Below are positions 47,589 to 52,840 of a stretch of 52,840 nt of DNA, in pieces (position 1 is the first letter of the stretch; each line of letters starts with the position of its first letter). Source of the DNA: Candidatus Uhrbacteria bacterium (GTDB lineage Bacteria > Patescibacteriota > Patescibacteriia > UBA9934). The DNA is taken from NCBI GenBank assembly GCA_943350635.1, contig CALRAI010000003.1, forward strand, positions 1 through 52,840. The letters run 5' to 3'. Under the pieces are notes generated by a model, which made no database searches, was not told where the DNA came from, and saw only the letters and a list, made by a program, of their open reading frames with translations. Both the position numbers and the translations under genes were made by a program.

Positions 47589-48092
47589 CTAGCTCCCTGC
47601 GGCCACCTTGGCGTCGGTCGCGGTCGGCGCGGCGGCGGGATCGCTGGTGCCGAGGTCGGCGGGCGGCTTCGGCGGCACGGGGGCCGCGTCGCAGGCACCG
47701 GACCAGAAGTCCAGGCACTGCGCGATGAGGTCGAGGTCGGTGAGCTTGGTCGCCGACTTGTTGGTGGTGACCAACCGCCCCTCCGTCACGATGTGGCGCG
47801 AGCCATCCACCATGAAGCCCGCCTGGTTGTCGGCGGCGTCCCCGATCTTGAGACCTTGCACCCGGACCGCGCGGGCCTGGGAGCCGTCGCAGACGAAGAG
47901 CGTCGAGCTCCCATCGGCGCCGATCAGGTCGGATGACGACTGGAGCCGACCTTCGTTGTCGAAGCTGGTGAGCGTGACACCCTTCGGCGCGCTGCACGGG
48001 CGACCGCCGGTGTTCTTGGTCGCGGTGGACGAGTTGTTGGCGCAGCCCACCGTGAGGGCGAGGAGGATGAGGAGGGAAAAACGAGCGATCAT
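47589..48092 (-). CDS. GC-rich hypothetical lipoprotein
   Basis: CCTGGAG SD; lipobox TVGC; C-ending codons. Confidence 0.75.
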   Translation of the reverse strand: MIARFSLLILLALTVGCANNSSTATKNTGGRPCSAPKGVTLTSFDNEGRLQSSSDLIGADGSSTLFVCDGSQARAVRVQGLKIGDAADNQAGFMVDGSRHIVTEGRLVTTNKSATKLTDLDLIAQCLDFWSGACDAAPVPPKPPADLGTSDPAAAPTATDAKVAAGS

Positions 48093-48225
48093 GTGAGTCT
48101 CCAGGAGGTGTGTCGGTCAGCCGGATGGCTGATGGCGACGATGATCCGGCAATCCGGGGGTTTGACAGACGAAGAGGGCTTCGTCGTTCAAATCCCTGGA
48201 CTTTGGAGATTTCACATGACAAGGA

Positions 48226-48254
48226 ATAATACCAGAAAATGAGGAAAAGGTCAA
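48226..48254 (-). promoter_or_regulatory. Sigma70 promoter for the lipoprotein gene
   Basis: TTGACC-17-TATTAT on the minus strand. Confidence 0.65.
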
Positions 48255-48266
48255 TATTTAGCCAAC

Positions 48267-48301
48267 AAAAAATCACTTCCGATTGCTCGGAAGTGATTTT
48301 T
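48267..48301 (-). terminator. Intrinsic terminator after rplT
   Basis: aaaaatcacttccga/tcggaagtgattttt inverted repeat. Confidence 0.8.
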
Positions 48302-48304
48302 CCC

Positions 48305-48652
48305 TTATTTCTGGGCTGCGGCAACGATTTTTCCGAACACTGCTGGGTGCTTTTCGGCAATCTGCGCAAGGACTTTACGGTCGATGGCGATGTTTGAAAG
48401 CTTGAGCATGTTGATGAAACGGGAGTAGGAAAGGCCGAGTTCGTGAACTGCGGCGTTAATCTTTACCGTCCAAAGGGCTCGGAATGTGCGCTTCTTGGCG
48501 CGGCGGTCGCGGAATGCGTACACACCAGCCTTGAGCATAGCAGGGCGAGCAAGACGAATCTTGCTCTTACGGCCCCACTTGAAGCCCTTTACGCGAGCGA
48601 GCAGGTTCTTTCGGCGCTTAACATGTTGTGTACCTCGTTTTACGCGTGGCAT
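48305..48652 (-). CDS. rplT: 50S ribosomal protein bL20
   Basis: MPRVKRG...KKRTFRALW..INAA...IDRKVLA. Confidence 0.97.
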   Translation of the reverse strand: MPRVKRGTQHVKRRKNLLARVKGFKWGRKSKIRLARPAMLKAGVYAFRDRRAKKRTFRALWTVKINAAVHELGLSYSRFINMLKLSNIAIDRKVLAQIAEKHPAVFGKIVAAAQK

Positions 48653-48661
48653 AATGGAAAA

Positions 48662-48862
48662 TTAGGTGAGATCGTACGGCATCATCGCTTTAAGTGCGCG
48701 ACGGATGGTAACACCGAAGGTAACGTCGGTTCGCTTATTTCGGGTAGTGTTACCAGATTCACGGGAATTGAAGTGGCCTTGGCCAGCTTTTCGCTTGATA
48801 ACAGCTCCGCTTCGTGTGATACGAACGCGTTTTGCCATCGCTTTGTGAGTCTTCATTGCCAT
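48662..48862 (-). CDS. rpmI: 50S ribosomal protein bL35
   Basis: MKTHKAMAKRVRITRSG; between infC and rplT. Confidence 0.93.
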   Translation of the reverse strand: MAMKTHKAMAKRVRITRSGAVIKRKAGQGHFNSRESGNTTRNKRTDVTFGVTIRRALKAMMPYDLT

Positions 48863-48932
48863 ATGTGGGTTTCTAAGATGTGCGAAGGTTAGTGGAAAAT
48901 GCGGTTTCGGTCAAGCGAAACTGGGGAAAGCT

Positions 48933-49490
48933 TTACGTTTGGCGAGCCAAAATCATGTTCATTCTTCCGTCCATCGCCTTTAAGGCGCTTTCTACGCGAA
49001 TAGGGTAGTGCGTTCCAAGTTGCTTCACAAAGTCGTCAAATACGGCTCGGGCAACGTCTCCGTGGGCGCGTTCACGACCGCGAAGGATCATTTCCACCTT
49101 TACTTTATCTCCTTGTTCGAAGAACTTTGCGGCTTGTTCTACGCGAATCTGTAAGTCCCCAGAGCCAATACGCATGGAAAGACGAATACCCTTGATTTCC
49201 ACTTCTTTGCTTTGTGCGCGCTGTTTGCGCATTTCCTTTTCCTTTTGGTATTTGAAGTGGCTATAATCGGCAAATTTACACACTGGCGGCTCTGCCAACG
49301 GCGAAACTTCAATAAGATCCATGCCTTTTTCTGTGGCGAGTGCGATGGCCTTTGCAGTAGGCATTACACCTAGTGGTTTGCCTTCATCGTCAATAACTCG
49401 CACTTCTGGCGCGATAATGTGATGATTCGCCTTAAATTCCTGAATTTCGAACTTTGGTTTCTGAAACCGTCGATGACGATGAATGCGCAT
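48933..49490 (-). CDS. infC: Translation initiation factor IF-3
   Basis: EVRVID..G..LG, PPVCK, GDKVKV...RGRE. Confidence 0.96.
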   Translation of the reverse strand: MRIHRHRRFQKPKFEIQEFKANHHIIAPEVRVIDDEGKPLGVMPTAKAIALATEKGMDLIEVSPLAEPPVCKFADYSHFKYQKEKEMRKQRAQSKEVEIKGIRLSMRIGSGDLQIRVEQAAKFFEQGDKVKVEMILRGRERAHGDVARAVFDDFVKQLGTHYPIRVESALKAMDGRMNMILARQT

Positions 49491-49683
49491 GGCCTTGGGA
49501 TTAAATGTTAGCGGAATGATAGACCAAAACGTGAAAATATGCTACTATTTTGTTAATGGCGTTGTAATTTTAGGCCAGTTTCGATGCGGATCGAGCGAAG
49601 CTTTTGAGGCGTACTTCTTGGTACGTTGAAAAAGTTCGTGAAGAGCCAAGTCGAAAATGGTCAAAATTACAGCGCCATTTCAT

Positions 49684-50079
49684 GGGCTTGACGGGTTTCG
49701 ATACGTTTCGGATCCTCACAAATCACGCCGGAAGTGTGCCATATTCCGTAATCCCATGGCGCAACGAGATATTTGCAAACGCATTCTCAAAGGTGAAGGC
49801 AGCTATTGCTTCGGCATTTAGTGTTCCTTCATTCTCATTGGTTACCGCCTAAGGGCCGCAACCCATCCCACTCGGAATGTCTTATACCGAACCGGGGTGC
49901 AATATTATAAGGCTTGGTCTCCATCTGTTCGCTCGGTGGAGTTGACCCGTTGCAGCGAAATCGTGACGATGATTCTTGTTCCGTCTGATCATCGGACCGT
50001 AATTGACGGAACTGCGCGTGGAACAAATTTGAGAGGTGAAGGGATGTAGACGAGGGTTCAACTCCCTCCAGGTCCACCA
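49684..50079 (+). ncRNA. ssrA: tmRNA
   Basis: GGGCTTG/CAGGTCC-A-CCA acceptor with G3.U, GGTTTCGA near the 5' end, T-arm GAGGG-TTCAACT-CCCTC; tag ORF 49775-49852. Confidence 0.93.
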
Positions 50080-50203
50080 CAAAACCCCGTAATTTCGTCC
50101 AGGACGTTGTCAGAAAACTCCGCGTCGCCTCAACGTACCAAGAAGTACGCCTCGGCGCCTGCTCGTTTTCTTCCTAGTCCTGAACAAAATTACGGGGTTT
50201 TGT
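50079..50203. repeat. Palindromic REP/MITE-like element abutting the tmRNA 3' end
   Basis: 27-bp terminal inverted repeat, 25/27 match (50079-50105 vs 50177-50203); inner cgtac-caagaa-gtacg hairpin. Confidence 0.65.
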
Positions 50204-50218
50204 ATTACAGTATTGGTC

Positions 50219-51256
50219 ATGTCGCTATCAATCGTCGAAAAGAAGATTCTCGATTCTATTCATGTCGCGTCGGAGAACGATCCAATGCGGCTGGAGTTTC
50301 CTGCGGATTGTCCGAAGTTTCCCGCCACGCCAACGATGCGGATTTCTGTGCCAGGCTTTTCGAATGTGTGGCTAAAAGATGAGAGCAAGAATCCCACGGG
50401 AACGCATAAGGACAGGATGGCGTGGGAAATTGTGGTGACGTATCGTGAATTTTTGCTTGCAAAAGAACGGGGTCAGAACAATACGCCTTTGCCGGCTATG
50501 TCGATTATTTCTTCCGGTTCAGCCGCCTTTGCTATTCAAACACAATTGAGAAAATACGGATTGCCGAATCTTAAAGTGCTCATCGATCGATCGTTGAATG
50601 AAGGCATTCGAAATGAGTTGGAGAAGATTAACTGTGAAATGTATGAAACGGATTTAGCAAAAGCACCGTTACAGTTTCGATAAATATTGGCGTTGACGAA
50701 TAACCCCGATGGATTTGATATCACGTCGAACGAAGCGTTTGATCCAACCACTCGTTTTTACGATTGGCTCAGCTACGAAATCATCAACAGCTCACCAGAA
50801 TATTGTTTCATCCCATTTGGTACAAGGAATCTTTATGAGAATATTTTGAACGTCAATAAAAGGGAAGTATCGACGACGCAGCACGACCCTCGATTTTCTG
50901 GTGACATTGATGTGTTACGGCGTTGTCATTTTATTGGAGCAACAACGAACGATTCCCAGTCTCGCGCAGAGAAGTTATATTCTCCACATCTTCCTTTTGT
51001 GCATTTTGACGAGCAATGGATTCAGTTTTACCGATCAGCTGGCTTTTGCGGAGAGCGTTCTTCTGTTCAGCTTTTAGAGGAAAAGTATCTTGAACAAGCT
51101 TTTCAATGCGCCGTTTCTCAAAATATTGATTGTGAATACTCGGGAATTGCTGGGCTTGGCATGTTGTTGCAAATGCGGGAATCCATTCCCAACAACGCGA
51201 AAATTTGTATTGTAAACACAGGAAAAAGTGCGATAAAGGCCGCGAATCTCTTGTAA
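50219..51256 (+). pseudogene. PLP-dependent fold-type II enzyme (threonine synthase/TrpB superfamily) interrupted by in-frame TAA (50681-50683)
   Basis: LKDESKNPTGTHKDR, SSGSAA, IPFGT, IVNTG; both ORF halves are in the same frame. Confidence 0.75.
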
Positions 51257-51347
51257 TATTAGCCAAAATCTGCTATCATCATGGCGCGTGAAAGTGTGGC
51301 CGTCTGCCCGCTGCGCAGCTGAGCTGGTTTTTTTTACAGGAGCTGAA

Positions 51348-51980
51348 ATGCTGGAAAAGGTTACGTGGAAGTTTCTCGTCGAATCTGGTGTGTTCGTGGG
51401 TGCGGAGCTGGAGTTCCGCGACGGGTTCGAGACGGTTCGTGGCCCGCTTTCGGCGATTGAGTTCGTCGGCGACCGGGTGAGCTTTCGTTGGGAGTGGTGT
51501 GCAACCTCGACTCTCGAGACCTACCTGTGGGAGATGACGGAGCCCGAGCACGATCGGCTTGCTGCATGCGAGGCGCTTCTCACCGATGTTCCCGTGGCTA
51601 CGCCTGGCGGTTGTGTGGCTATTCCGTTGAAGACGTCTCACCGGCAACGCGCCACCATCATCCTCACGTCGCGAAACGCTGGTCGTAAGTTCCTCACTCG
51701 GGCAGACGTTGCCAAGCCGTGGGAGCTGCTCATCGCACGCAACCCGCAGGCGCAGTACCGTGAGCGTGTGTTCGAGAGCGTGATGACCGGCAAGATGATG
51801 GTCGGTCTCCATGGGCCAGAAGTTGCGAACGGATTCCAGATTGGTCTTCCGTTCGTCTCGAACCCACGCACGTTGCACCAGGCGCTCGGTGGTCTGAAGT
51901 ACGACAGCGACAAGCTCGTCTTCGTGCAGCACTACATCGAGGCCACGAAGGACAGGCCGGTGGAGCTGAAGCCGTACTGA
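51348..51980 (+). CDS. GC-rich hypothetical protein
   Basis: AGGAG SD before ATG 51348; C/G-ending codons; 3' hairpin 52009-52053. Confidence 0.65.
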   Translation: MLEKVTWKFLVESGVFVGAELEFRDGFETVRGPLSAIEFVGDRVSFRWEWCATSTLETYLWEMTEPEHDRLAACEALLTDVPVATPGGCVAIPLKTSHRQRATIILTSRNAGRKFLTRADVAKPWELLIARNPQAQYRERVFESVMTGKMMVGLHGPEVANGFQIGLPFVSNPRTLHQALGGLKYDSDKLVFVQHYIEATKDRPVELKPY

Positions 51981-52051
51981 CGGTGTGTGATGGTGACGTT
52001 ACAGAACGACGCAAGCCCCGCATGGATTTTATCCGTGCGGGGCGTTGTGCT

Positions 52052-52840
52052 TTATTCTGGAGTTGCGAGAAGTTCTTCAAAAAGTTTCTGTCGTTTCCCT
52101 TTTGAGATCGTGGATATTCCTTCGACGTTTGGAAGAATGCCGATATGTGCTCCAACCCAATCTTCTGCCATCCATTCACGAATTGCTGCCATGAATTTTG
52201 GATTCGTACGATCGAATGCAGGAAAAAGATCGTCGACATATGCGCTTGCGTAAATTGATGGGGGAGTCTGTTCCTCTGCGCATGCCGCAATGTACTCCTC
52301 CCGCCAATCAAAGAACGTTCGACCGGTGGCAGAATTCAATATCCACGCTCTTGCTTCGTTGTCGTCTTTCATTACGTTTTCAATGCTATGAAAAAGTTCA
52401 TGGAGAAAGACGTGAATCTGATACTGGCGAATGTTTTCAGGATTTTTCGTAACGCTTTCTGGAATTGCGGATGGGAGAATAACAGAAAAGAATGCATCAT
52501 CATTGGTGTCTTTTAGATGTTCAAGGCCTTTCATTGCCGAATAGCGTCCGGTAAAGGTATTTCCTGCAAGAGCACGCTCAGGATGATGATTGGATGCAAG
52601 AAATTCTTGTGTGGTGAGATTGAGGACGTTTGAAAGATCCACGTCGCCGGTGCTGGTAAAGGTTGGAACGAAAACAATATTTTGTTTTGAGAAATTGACG
52701 TCGGTGAGCGTTGATTTTGCAAGGAGATGCGGTGGAATGCGGAGAAGAATATTGCGGATATCGTCTGGAGTAATTTGCGCGTGCTGTTCATTGTACCCAG
52801 GGAACTGTATTTCATCTACCTTGGATTGATTCTCTGCAAA
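52052..52840 (-). CDS. 5'-partial putative zincin metallopeptidase
   Basis: Frame open to the window edge; HELFH plus downstream SIYA...EWMAE. Confidence 0.65.
   Translation of the reverse strand, partial: FAENQSKVDEIQFPGYNEQHAQITPDDIRNILLRIPPHLLAKSTLTDVNFSKQNIVFVPTFTSTGDVDLSNVLNLTTQEFLASNHHPERALAGNTFTGRYSAMKGLEHLKDTNDDAFFSVILPSAIPESVTKNPENIRQYQIHVFLHELFHSIENVMKDDNEARAWILNSATGRTFFDWREEYIAACAEEQTPPSIYASAYVDDLFPAFDRTNPKFMAAIREWMAEDWVGAHIGILPNVEGISTISKGKRQKLFEELLATPE

Noticed and set aside
49604-50082. ORFs 49604-49852, 49835-50080 and 49882-50082 as proteins
   Set aside because: They overlap the tmRNA; only the tag portion is plausibly translated.

Overview
Bacterial chromosomal window, most likely from Patescibacteria (CPR; an Uhrbacteria/Magasanikbacteria-like lineage is my inference from gene content and style), using the standard genetic code. 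The housekeeping backbone is rpsU, yqeY, hflX, ybeY, dgkA, ftsA, ftsZ, nrdR, pyk, tRNA-Asp, infC-rpmI-rplT and tmRNA. Four accessory layers sit on it. (1) A 14 kb surface-structure operon built around a 3256-aa pilin-anchored Ig/IPT/Cys-rich/VWA protein. (2) An 11.7 kb integrative element at the 3' end of tRNA-Asp (28585-40330). Its large serine recombinase appears to carry attP inside its own coding sequence, and it also encodes type III R-M, a putative rolling-circle Rep, a DUF2779 nuclease, a Panacea toxin-antitoxin pair and a tRNA-Arg(UCU). An 819-bp single-gene unit bounded by a 90-bp att-containing direct repeat follows it. (3) A crtE-crtB-crtI plus lycopene elongase cluster, suggesting C45/C50 carotenoids. 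(4) About eight scattered stand-alone genes, mostly GC/C3-rich, with Shine-Dalgarno sites, own promoters and related 3' hairpins, whereas core genes other than rpsU lack SD sites. Two genes are interrupted by single in-frame stops. All family assignments are by motif recognition and compositional statements are by eye; no searches were run.
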